The position numbers and the translations under genes are program-made. Below, one piece after another: positions 8,687 through 16,687 of a DNA stretch of 39,546 bases. The first letter of the stretch is position 1; every line of letters begins with the position of its first letter. A model generated the notes under the pieces. It had not been told where the DNA came from, did not search any database, and was given only the letters and a program-made list of their open reading frames with translations. The stretch is from a virus (taxonomy: Duplodnaviria > Caudoviricetes), in IMG/VR virus record IMGVR_UViG_3300010381_000015, positions 1 to 39,546 of that record; one strand, written 5' to 3'.

Positions 8687-9693
8687 CCCCTTTGCCACAT
8701 CTGACGGTCGGATCCGCTTGCTACGGCATCGGCGGCCTGGACCTGGGGTTGTCCTGGGCCGGGATGCACACGGTCTGGCTTATTGAGAAGGATCGGAAAC
8801 GCCGGGCCTGGGCCCGGAAGAATTTCCCGGGAGCGAAACAATATGTCTGCATGCGGAAACTCGACGCCGAAGGCTTCGCCGGGCTCGATCCAGTTGACGT
8901 TGTTTGCGGCGGGATCCCCTGCCAACCAGCCAGTCTTTCCGGGAAGCGAAAAGGCGCGGCGGATGACCGCTGGCTCTGGCCGGAAGCTGTGCGGCTCATG
9001 GCTGCCATCCGGCCCGCTTGGGGTTTGTTTGAAAACCCTATTGGTTTCGTCACGTTGGGGCTCGACGGAGTGCTTTCTGACCTGGAAGACGTCGGCTACG
9101 CCGTCTGGCCGGTCATTGTTCCAGCTTGCGCCGTCGATGCCCCACACCGTCGAGACCGGGTTTTCATTCTGGCCCACGCCGCTGGTGGGGGACGCGACCG
9201 GCGGCCGGACGACAAAGGGAGGCGCGAGGCATTCCGAGGGCGGATTGGCAGTGACGGCCCGGGGCTTGTGGAGCACTTTGCGAGCCTCGGACGGCGAGAA
9301 GGGCAGCCCGAACCAGAAGTTTTCCGGGGGGGGCATGCCGCTGACAGCGCAAGTGGTCCGCACTGCCCTGTGGGCGACGTTGACGCACCGGGATCACCGT
9401 TATGCCAACAGCGAGGAGAGCCAGGAACGCAGGAACGAGGGGTGCCGACGCGGACAGCAGCTGCCGAACGAGGTGGCCCACCTGTACGGCCCTGGGACGG
9501 GGCGGAATGGGCCATCGGGCACGACGGGAAAGCCCGGAGGATTCCCGCCCCTGAATCCGGAATTCGCCTGCTGGCTCATGGGGTTCCCGGCCGGGTGGCT
9601 CAGATAAGCGGCTTCGGTGACGCCGTGGTGCCCTATGTCGCCTACGAGATCGGCCGCGCCATCATGGCCGCGCATCATGGGGTGAAGTTGTGA
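8683..9693 (+). CDS. DNA (cytosine-5) methyltransferase, alpha chain (motifs I-VIII and X)
   Basis: GTG start overlapping the ASCH stop; 'YGIGG', 'GGIPCQ', 'LFENP', 'PHRRDRVF', 'GDAVVP'; motif IX absent in this frame. Confidence 0.88.
   Translation: MTPLPHLTVGSACYGIGGLDLGLSWAGMHTVWLIEKDRKRRAWARKNFPGAKQYVCMRKLDAEGFAGLDPVDVVCGGIPCQPASLSGKRKGAADDRWLWPEAVRLMAAIRPAWGLFENPIGFVTLGLDGVLSDLEDVGYAVWPVIVPACAVDAPHRRDRVFILAHAAGGGRDRRPDDKGRREAFRGRIGSDGPGLVEHFASLGRREGQPEPEVFRGGHAADSASGPHCPVGDVDAPGSPLCQQRGEPGTQERGVPTRTAAAERGGPPVRPWDGAEWAIGHDGKARRIPAPESGIRLLAHGVPGRVAQISGFGDAVVPYVAYEIGRAIMAAHHGVKL
8843..9607 (+). CDS. Nested alternative-frame beta chain of the C5-methyltransferase (TRD-like repeats plus motif IX)
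   Basis: ATG 8843 with upstream GGAG; repeats 'FWPTPLVGD', 'LWSTLRASD', 'LWATLTHRD'; 'LNPEFACWLMGFPAGW'. Confidence 0.75.
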   Translation: MSACGNSTPKASPGSIQLTLFAAGSPANQPVFPGSEKARRMTAGSGRKLCGSWLPSGPLGVCLKTLLVSSRWGSTECFLTWKTSATPSGRSLFQLAPSMPHTVETGFSFWPTPLVGDATGGRTTKGGARHSEGGLAVTARGLWSTLRASDGEKGSPNQKFSGGGMPLTAQVVRTALWATLTHRDHRYANSEESQERRNEGCRRGQQLPNEVAHLYGPGTGRNGPSGTTGKPGGFPPLNPEFACWLMGFPAGWLR

Positions 9694-9698
9694 GCGTT

Positions 9699-9920
9699 TT
9701 ACACTGGGCGCTGTTCAACAATTATCCACGCATTGCCAGGATCATTTTTTTGGACAACGATGTACTCTCTAGTTTTGCACGATTTGCATGCATAAGTGCC
9801 GTGATACCCATAAGTCGTGACGCCATGTTCACCGTCGTAAGAGACAAGGCCGCCGCAGTTATCGCACTGAAAGTCCGGAAGTTCGTCCATATCACTCGGA
9901 TTAGTCATTACATAGGTCAT
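9699..9920 (-). CDS. AT-rich small zinc-ribbon-like protein (moron)
   Basis: CDNC...CKSC; AAGGAG RBS on the minus strand; abrupt drop in GC. Confidence 0.6.
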   Translation of the reverse strand: MTYVMTNPSDMDELPDFQCDNCGGLVSYDGEHGVTTYGYHGTYACKSCKTREYIVVQKNDPGNAWIIVEQRPV

Positions 9921-9985
9921 ACATATCTCCTTTGCACATTTCTTGTTAGTTGTACTAAGTTTTCTTGTGAAATTGTCAAGAGGCA

Positions 9986-11890
9986 GTGTTCCGCATGACC
10001 GTCCCCGAGTCCGTTCGTTTTCGTTTCACCGATGCCGAGCGCCGCATCTTCCGCAAGCGGGTGCGGCCGCAATCGTCCGTCTGGGCGGCGCAGAACATCG
10101 TGGTACAGGACGGGCCGTTCGCGGGCTCGCGCCTGCGCATGGACGTCACGCCCTACATGCCCGGCATCATCGACACGCTGTACCAGCCAGGCGTCGAGGA
10201 GGTAGGCGTCTGCGCCTCGCCCCAGATCAGCAAATCCGAACTGCTGTTCGCCAGCCTGTTTTACAGCATGGAGTTTTTCCCAGGCCCGAAGCTCGTGGCC
10301 ATGCCGGACGAGGACACGTTGGCCAGAGCCGTGGAGAAAAAGTTGCTGCCACGCATCAAAGGGTCCGCCGCGCTCCGCAAGCTCTTTTACCGTTACGGCA
10401 AGGGTGCCTTCGAACTGACCGACGGATCGCCGGTCTACCTGGCCTCCTCCCAGTCTCCGGCCCAGCGCGCGTCCGTGACGGTCATGCACATGTTCCTGGA
10501 CGAGATAGACCTCTATCGTCAGCTGGCCGGCCAGGGCGCGCCGGTCACGGAGTTTGAGGAACGCACCATCTCTTACGGGCACAAGCGAAAAATACTGAAA
10601 ATTTCCAAGCCGCTGGGCGACGAGTCGAGCCTCATCTGGATTTGCATCACCAAGCTGTGCGATGAGCTGCGTCGCTGGCATGTCCCCTGCCCGGCCTGCG
10701 GCACCGTCCAGGTCATGCACGAGGACCATGTGGTCGTCCTGGAGCACTGCAAGGATCCTCGGGAGATCAAGCGCCGCAAGCTCGGCCGCTACAAATGCCC
10801 GCACTGCGGATACCTGTGGACCGACCACGCCCGAAACCAGGCCGTGGCGCGCGGGGAATGGGTCGCCGACGAGCCGGTGCTTCGGCCCCGCGCTGTGGGC
10901 TTCCATCTGCCGGCGTTGGTGTCGCCGTTCGTCAGCCTTTCCGAGTTCGCCGCGGACAAGCTGACCGCCGAAAACTCCGATGACGATCGGGTCAAGCGCG
11001 ACTACGCCAACGGCCGCTGCGCCAAGCCGTTCAAGGCGATTGCCCTGGAAACGCCACAGGAATCCATCCTGTCGCGCCGGGCTATGTGGCTGCCGGCCAA
11101 GACCGTGCCGGTCGAGGCAGTGGCGCTCACCTGCGGCATCGATGTCCAGATGGACGACTTCTGGTTTTCGGTGCTGGCCTGGGGCCGGGAAATGCAGAGC
11201 TGGCTCGTGGACTATGGCCAGCTGCGCACCTGGGAGGACGTCATGGGGCTCGTGCACGGAACGCGCTATCCTGTCCTTGGCCGCGACGGTTCGACGCTCG
11301 GGATCTGGCGCGCCGGCATCGACTCGGGCGGCAACAAAACCAAGCACGAGATCCTGACCCGCACCGAGGAGGTCTATTCCTGGTGCCGGGCGCGCGGCGA
11401 CGGCCGGCTGTTCCCGATCAAGGGACGCAGCCGGGACTACCACGTCAACGTCAGCTGGACGACCATCGACAAGCTGCCCCACTCCGGTCGGCCCATCCCT
11501 GGCGGGCTGCAGCTCTACCTGCTCGACGTCAACAGTCTGAAGCGGCTGCTCTATAAGCGGCTGCGCCAGGATGCCCGGCAGCCCATGCTGCTCCATGGCC
11601 AGACCGGGGAGGATTACGCCCGGCATCTGGCCGCCGAGCGCCTAGTCAAGGACCGGTCCGGCAACTACGTCTGGGAAGAGTTAAGCGATACCAACCACCT
11701 GCTGGACGCCACCATGATCGCCCATGCCTGCGCGGACGATTCGTGGACGCCGAGCCTGTCCTACCTGTTGGAACAAGAGCACGAGGAAACGACCAAGCCC
11801 CGCGAAACGACGCGGCCGAACGCGGATGACCGGGGATCCATCCTGGCCGCAGCCGCCAGCCGGGCCAGCGCCATTCTGGCTAACCGTTAA
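9986..11890 (+). CDS. Terminase large subunit, lambda GpA family
   Basis: 'VTPYMPGII', Walker A-like 'ASPQISKSE', 'FLDEID', 'VPCPACG', 'LTCGIDVQ', 'GIDSGG', 'NHLLDA'. Confidence 0.95.
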   Translation: MFRMTVPESVRFRFTDAERRIFRKRVRPQSSVWAAQNIVVQDGPFAGSRLRMDVTPYMPGIIDTLYQPGVEEVGVCASPQISKSELLFASLFYSMEFFPGPKLVAMPDEDTLARAVEKKLLPRIKGSAALRKLFYRYGKGAFELTDGSPVYLASSQSPAQRASVTVMHMFLDEIDLYRQLAGQGAPVTEFEERTISYGHKRKILKISKPLGDESSLIWICITKLCDELRRWHVPCPACGTVQVMHEDHVVVLEHCKDPREIKRRKLGRYKCPHCGYLWTDHARNQAVARGEWVADEPVLRPRAVGFHLPALVSPFVSLSEFAADKLTAENSDDDRVKRDYANGRCAKPFKAIALETPQESILSRRAMWLPAKTVPVEAVALTCGIDVQMDDFWFSVLAWGREMQSWLVDYGQLRTWEDVMGLVHGTRYPVLGRDGSTLGIWRAGIDSGGNKTKHEILTRTEEVYSWCRARGDGRLFPIKGRSRDYHVNVSWTTIDKLPHSGRPIPGGLQLYLLDVNSLKRLLYKRLRQDARQPMLLHGQTGEDYARHLAAERLVKDRSGNYVWEELSDTNHLLDATMIAHACADDSWTPSLSYLLEQEHEETTKPRETTRPNADDRGSILAAAASRASAILANR

Positions 11891-11901
11891 ACGAGGGAAC
11901 C

Positions 11902-12123
11902 ATGAGCAAGACGAATTTGCCGTATGATCGCACCGCCGAGGGGCCGCTGCTGACCGTCGCCCGGGTGATGGCCACCCTCGACTGCTCGAGGAGTTTCGCC
12001 TACAAACTGATCAAGCGTGGGGAATTCAAAGTGGTGCGTTTGGGCGATGCCAAGGGATTGCGCGTGACACAAAAAAGCGTAGATCGGTACATCAGGCGCA
12101 AGTTGGCAAGAGACAATTTGTGA
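11902..12123 (+). CDS. Xis/MerR-like HTH DNA-binding protein
   Basis: 'LLTVARVMATLDCSRSFAYKLIKRGEF...LRVTQKSVDRYI'; GAGGG RBS. Confidence 0.85.
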   Translation: MSKTNLPYDRTAEGPLLTVARVMATLDCSRSFAYKLIKRGEFKVVRLGDAKGLRVTQKSVDRYIRRKLARDNL

Positions 12124-12152
12124 TTTCAAGAGCCATACGGAAGGTGATTAAA

Positions 12153-12776
12153 ATGCTGCTCCCATGTGAAGACTACCCTGATATCCTATACGTTTTTGTA
12201 AACAAATTGGATCCGGTAGCAACACATAACCTTATGTTCACAGGATGTTACATATCAAGCCTACTCACAACTCTCACAATATTTCCTGACTTTTCAAAAA
12301 AATACATTACAGGAGAATATAACGTTATTGATATGATAAATAATAAAGAATGCACTATTTCACCTTATTGTCTAACTGCAATTAATAATGATGACATCCC
12401 ATGGAGCGTTGAGAGTGATGCAGAGCATGCCAGATTAACAATTAATCCATTACTTCCTTCTAGATTATCTGCTACATATGCTTTTGGAGACTACAAATCG
12501 TGCGAGGAAGCAAGCGCATTGTACGGGTGGCCATTAGACCAAGTCGTTACATTTAATATAGACAAAACGAATGGACTAGAGGCTTTTACACGAGTAGCGC
12601 GTGTTGACATGAATTTAGTATCTTATGCAATGTCATTCTATAATAACATAACAAGTGAAATTAAAACAAAGTTATGGAGAAATTATTGGAATGGCCAAGA
12701 AGGAAATATAACAATCCCTGGAGAAAAGCCACTTTGGGAGTATCTTATAGAAGGAAAAATTGTAGCTTGCAAATAA
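12153..12776 (+). CDS. AT-rich moron protein, DUF2441-like (possible ADP-ribosyltransferase fold)
   Basis: 'LPSRLSATYAF', 'YWNG', 'PLWEYLIEG' pattern recalled from DUF2441; strongly AT-rich relative to flanks. Confidence 0.55.
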   Translation: MLLPCEDYPDILYVFVNKLDPVATHNLMFTGCYISSLLTTLTIFPDFSKKYITGEYNVIDMINNKECTISPYCLTAINNDDIPWSVESDAEHARLTINPLLPSRLSATYAFGDYKSCEEASALYGWPLDQVVTFNIDKTNGLEAFTRVARVDMNLVSYAMSFYNNITSEIKTKLWRNYWNGQEGNITIPGEKPLWEYLIEGKIVACK

Positions 12777-12958
12777 TTCACGAGCAAATATCCACACTAT
12801 ACTGGGCCAACACCCCAAACCACTCTTGTGCTTCAAGGTCAGGTACGCGTCGTCCAGGTTGTCCAAGTGGCTGCCATGGTCAAGGTCCAGTCGCCAATCC
12901 CTGCAATTTATATGCTGCTCGAACATTCACTTGATAGGTCGTCAACACACCTTTTTTC

Positions 12959-12993
12959 GACCATGCAAAATCGACCCCTGATTTTGCATGGTC
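12959..12993. repeat. Perfect 14-bp inverted repeat
   Basis: GACCATGCAAAATC-gacccct-GATTTTGCATGGTC. Confidence 0.9.
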
Positions 12994-13070
12994 CGTCATC
13001 CTAAAAAAACTACCCGATATGATTGTATTTTTCTATCTTCTCCCCACCTCATTTCGCACCTGAAAAAACC

Positions 13071-13106
13071 GTCCATATTGTCCTTATTGTCCATGACGTC
13101 CACCGA
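13071..13106 (+). promoter_or_regulatory. Four 9-bp-period GTCC(A/T) direct repeats upstream of the head operon
   Basis: gtccatatt gtccttatt gtccatgac gtccaccga. Confidence 0.6.
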
Positions 13107-13137
13107 TTGACCCCTTCGGCTGTGCTAGCCCGTTGGC

Positions 13138-13374
13138 ATGGCCATCTTCACCCGAGCGGAAAAAGCCCAGCACATCGCCAAATGGAAAGAGGCCCTCCTC
13201 GCCGTGACCGAGGGGGCCGAAATCACTATCGGCACGCGGACGCTGCGGCGGGTTGATCTCCCCGACATCCAGGCGCACCTGGACTGGCTCGACAAGCAGC
13301 CGACCGTCGAGGACGAGGCCGCCGGCCTGGGTTCGCCCCAGTTTCACCAGGGCATCATGCGGCGGTACTCGTGA
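13138..13374 (+). CDS. Head-tail joining protein (gpW-like)
   Basis: Small ORF just before a lambda-type portal; 'ITIGTRTLRRVDL' pattern. Confidence 0.7.
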   Translation: MAIFTRAEKAQHIAKWKEALLAVTEGAEITIGTRTLRRVDLPDIQAHLDWLDKQPTVEDEAAGLGSPQFHQGIMRRYS

Positions 13375-14969
13375 CGGGCGGCAACTGGATCGACCGTCTT
13401 GTCGGGTACGTCTCGCCGGAACGCGGATTGCGCCGCGCCCGGGCCCGGGCCGGCATGGCCGCCATCAATGGCGTGGTGCAGACCGTGCGCCGCACCGCCG
13501 CGAGCCGCGAGGGCACGCTGGCCAACTTTCAGCCCTCGCGCCTCAACGCCTTTGCCGTGGAGCGCGACGCGGACCTCATTCGCGACCGGGCCGAATCCCT
13601 GGTCGGCAGCGACGGCCTGGCCACTGCCTGTGTCGACACCCTGGCCCTCAACATGGTCGGCTCCGGTCTGCGGCCGCAATCCTCGCCGGATACCAAGGTG
13701 CTTGGGTTGTCCGATGACGAGGCCGACGCCTTTGCCGAAAGCGCCGAACGGGCCTGGGCCCGCTGGTGCCGCGAAGCCGATGCCGCCGACACCGACCATT
13801 TTGACGACATACAATACCAGCTAGCCCGCTCCATGTTTGCCCTGGGCGAGTACCTGCAGGTGCCGTGCTGGATCGAGGAGCCCGGGCGACAGTTCGGCTT
13901 GGCGCTCCAGACCGTGCACCCGGGGCGGCTACGCACGCCCTCGGACATGCTGGCCAACCCGCGTATCCGGCGTGGCGTGGAGGTCGGCGAGTATGGCCGG
14001 CCGGTCGCCTACTGGCTGGCCGAGCCGCCGGACAATCGCCCCCTCGCCGGCCTGTCCAGCGCCAATTTCCGCCGGGTGCCGCGCAAGATCGCCCATCGCT
14101 GGGGCTGTTTCCATCGCCGCCATGCCAATGGGCCGGAACAGTTTCGCGGCGAAACCATTCTCTCCCCGGCCATGAAGATCTTGTCCGACATATCAGCCTA
14201 TGTGGACTCCGAGCTGGTTGGCGCGGTCGTCGCCGCCAGCCTGACGATTTTCATCGAGGGTGGCGCGAGCACCCTCGATGGCGGCACGGTCGGCCTATCT
14301 GGCGACAAAAAGACCGGGCTGTATGCTCCATACCCCAAGGAGCTTGCGCCCGGGACCATCGTCACTGGCCGCAATGGCGACAAGCCGCACCTGCTGGCCA
14401 ATCCCCGGCCCGGCGATTCCTTCGATCCGTTCATGGCCCGCCTTTCGACGTTGGTTACCGCTTCCACCGGGCAGCCGTTCATCACGGTTTTCAAGGATTT
14501 TTCCAAGACGAACTACAGCTCGGCCCGGGCCGCCCTGCTCGAGGTCTGGAAGCTCTACTCCCTCTACCAGGACTGGTTCGTGCGCGGCTACCTGCAACAT
14601 GTCTGGGAGATGGTCCTGGAGGAGGCTTATCTGCTGGGCCTCTTGAAAATGCCCATGGGCAAACAGGACTTCTATGCGGCCAGGGATTCCTGGTGTGCCG
14701 CGTCCTGGACCAGGCCGCCGCGCGGACAGATCGACATCGTCAAGGAGCGCACGGGCGAGGAGATAGGCCTGACCAATTATACGGATTCGCATTCGGATAT
14801 CCTCAACGCGCGCGGCACAGACACCGAAACCATGGCTCGCAAGATCGCCAGGGATAGACGCATCCTCAAAAGCAAGGGGCTGTATATGCCCGGCGAAACC
14901 CCGCCGGCCGGTGCGACGGCCGCCACGAACGAGGACGACGCGCAGACTCCCAAGGAGGACGCGGCGTGA
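13371..14969 (+). CDS. Portal protein, lambda family
   Basis: 'LIRDRAESL', 'GVEVGEYGRPVAYW', 'QFRGE', 'DFSKTNYSSARAALLE'. Confidence 0.95.
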   Translation: MTGGNWIDRLVGYVSPERGLRRARARAGMAAINGVVQTVRRTAASREGTLANFQPSRLNAFAVERDADLIRDRAESLVGSDGLATACVDTLALNMVGSGLRPQSSPDTKVLGLSDDEADAFAESAERAWARWCREADAADTDHFDDIQYQLARSMFALGEYLQVPCWIEEPGRQFGLALQTVHPGRLRTPSDMLANPRIRRGVEVGEYGRPVAYWLAEPPDNRPLAGLSSANFRRVPRKIAHRWGCFHRRHANGPEQFRGETILSPAMKILSDISAYVDSELVGAVVAASLTIFIEGGASTLDGGTVGLSGDKKTGLYAPYPKELAPGTIVTGRNGDKPHLLANPRPGDSFDPFMARLSTLVTASTGQPFITVFKDFSKTNYSSARAALLEVWKLYSLYQDWFVRGYLQHVWEMVLEEAYLLGLLKMPMGKQDFYAARDSWCAASWTRPPRGQIDIVKERTGEEIGLTNYTDSHSDILNARGTDTETMARKIARDRRILKSKGLYMPGETPPAGATAATNEDDAQTPKEDAA

Positions 14970-16273
14970 GCATCCAGTCGCAACGGCTGTGGGCCATGGA
15001 GCCCCAGCGCCTAGCCGGGCTGTTCCGGGACATGAAGGCCCGGGGCCTGCCCGACGCCGCCGCCGTGGCAACCATGGTCGCTTCCGGCCAGGACAGGGAG
15101 AAGAGCTTTTACGAAAGGCAGGGCGTCCTGGCCGTGGTGTCCATGACCGGCCCTCTTTCGAAGGACGGCAGCTATTGGTGGGGCATCGGTTCCACCCGGG
15201 AAATCGGGGCCGGCCTGCTCCAGGCCGCTGCCGACCCGTCGGTCAAGGCAATCCTTCTGGACGTGGATTCGCCCGGCGGGACCGTGGACGGCACCGAGGA
15301 ACTGGCCGGGATCGCCCGGATCGTGGCCGCCCAGAAGCCGCTGTATGTTTATGCCTCGGACCTCATGGCCTCGGCCGCCTACTGGATCGGCTCCCAGGCC
15401 AAGGAGATCGGAACCCAGGCCTCGGCGCAAATCGGCTCGATCGGCGTGGTCCTGACGCATACCGACTGGTCCGGCTGGGACGAGCAGATGGGCGTGGACA
15501 TCACCTATCTGACTGCCGGCCATTTCAAGGCCATGGGCAATCCGGACGAACCTCTTTCCGACGAGGCCCGGGCCTATCTCCAGCAGCAGCTCGACGAGGT
15601 GTACGGCCTCTTTCTCGACGCCGTGGCCACCGGCCGGCGCGTGTCGCGCGAGCAGGCCCTGGCCATGGCCGACGGCAAAATCTTTCTCGGCCGGCAGGCC
15701 CTGGAGCTGGGGCTGGTCGACCGCCTCGAAAGCCGCGCCGATTTCATCAACCGCATCGTGCAGGAGGTGCACATGGATCTGAAGACCTTCAAGGCCGAAC
15801 ACGCGGACACGGCGGCCGCGCATCGCGCCGAGGTGGAAACCGAACTGTCCGCCAAGGCCGAGACCGACCGGCAGGTCGCCGTGTCCAACGAACAGTCCCG
15901 GGTGCTCGGCATCGTGGGCGTCCTGGTCGGCGAGGAGCTGGGCGCGAAAGTCGCGGCCGTGGTGTCTTCTGGCGTCACCGCCGAACAGGCCAAGGCCATG
16001 GGCGCGTTTTTGGCCCCGGCCGTCGAGCAGCAGCAGCAGGGGCAGGAATCCGAGGCGCAGCGGGAAGCCATCGCCGCGATCAAGGACGCGACCCAGAAGC
16101 CGCTCGACAACGCCGCCGATCCGCGCGCGGCCGCGCCGGACTTTGAAACCCTGCTCGAGGCCGAAATCAAGGGCGGCCTGTCCAAGGGCAAGGCCATGGC
16201 CAAGGTCACCAAGGAACATCCCAAGGCCCATGCCGCCTGGCTGGCCAAGGTCAACGGCAAGGAGGGCAAGTAA
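14966..16273 (+). CDS. S49-family prohead protease with C-terminal scaffold (lambda gpC-like)
   Basis: 'LDVDSPGG', 'MASAAYWIGS', 'IGSIGV'. Confidence 0.93.
   Translation: MSIQSQRLWAMEPQRLAGLFRDMKARGLPDAAAVATMVASGQDREKSFYERQGVLAVVSMTGPLSKDGSYWWGIGSTREIGAGLLQAAADPSVKAILLDVDSPGGTVDGTEELAGIARIVAAQKPLYVYASDLMASAAYWIGSQAKEIGTQASAQIGSIGVVLTHTDWSGWDEQMGVDITYLTAGHFKAMGNPDEPLSDEARAYLQQQLDEVYGLFLDAVATGRRVSREQALAMADGKIFLGRQALELGLVDRLESRADFINRIVQEVHMDLKTFKAEHADTAAAHRAEVETELSAKAETDRQVAVSNEQSRVLGIVGVLVGEELGAKVAAVVSSGVTAEQAKAMGAFLAPAVEQQQQGQESEAQREAIAAIKDATQKPLDNAADPRAAAPDFETLLEAEIKGGLSKGKAMAKVTKEHPKAHAAWLAKVNGKEGK
15773..16273 (+). CDS. Nested in-frame scaffold protein (Nu3-like)
   Basis: Strong internal RBS CAGGAGGT followed by in-frame ATG (MDLKTFKAEH), as in lambda C/Nu3. 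Confidence 0.7.
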   Translation: MDLKTFKAEHADTAAAHRAEVETELSAKAETDRQVAVSNEQSRVLGIVGVLVGEELGAKVAAVVSSGVTAEQAKAMGAFLAPAVEQQQQGQESEAQREAIAAIKDATQKPLDNAADPRAAAPDFETLLEAEIKGGLSKGKAMAKVTKEHPKAHAAWLAKVNGKEGK

Positions 16274-16651
16274 ATGAGCTACGTCAACCAGTCCCGCCGC
16301 ACCTTTCAGGCCGGCGCGGCCATCGACGCCTACCTGCTCGTGGGTCTGACCGACGGCAAGCTGGCCGCCAACGCCGCCGACGGCGATCCCGTTGGGGTGC
16401 TCGAGTATCCCGCCCTGGAGGTGGACCAGCTCGTGAGCGTGCGTCTGCTCAACACCGACGGCACCATCGAGGTTCTGGCCACCGGCGCGGTGGCCGTGGG
16501 CGGCGACGTCCAGGCCGATGCCGACGGCACGGTCAAGGCGGATGCGGGCGCCGGCGCGCGCACCATCATCGGCAAGAGCCTGACGGCCGTGACCAACGGG
16601 GGCGTCATCGAGGTGATCCCCTATGGCTACGGCAACACCATCGCCGCATAG
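16274..16651 (+). CDS. Capsid cement/decoration protein (DUF2190-like)
   Basis: Position before the major capsid gene; Gly/Ala/Val-rich 'GAVAVGGDVQADADG'. Confidence 0.75.
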   Translation: MSYVNQSRRTFQAGAAIDAYLLVGLTDGKLAANAADGDPVGVLEYPALEVDQLVSVRLLNTDGTIEVLATGAVAVGGDVQADADGTVKADAGAGARTIIGKSLTAVTNGGVIEVIPYGYGNTIAA

Positions 16652-16687
16652 AGCGCGGGCTAGCGCCGCGTAACCAAGGAGATTTCA

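Noticed and set aside
8641-9363. 240-aa minus-strand ORF across the MTase (possible triple coding)
   Set aside because: No motifs; lack of stops can be explained by constraints from the two plus-strand frames
9917-11626. 569-aa minus-strand ORF, and similar ones at 1820-3187, 3954-5114, 15011-16231 and 21167-22483
   Set aside because: Antisense shadows of well-supported plus-strand genes, expected in high-GC DNA
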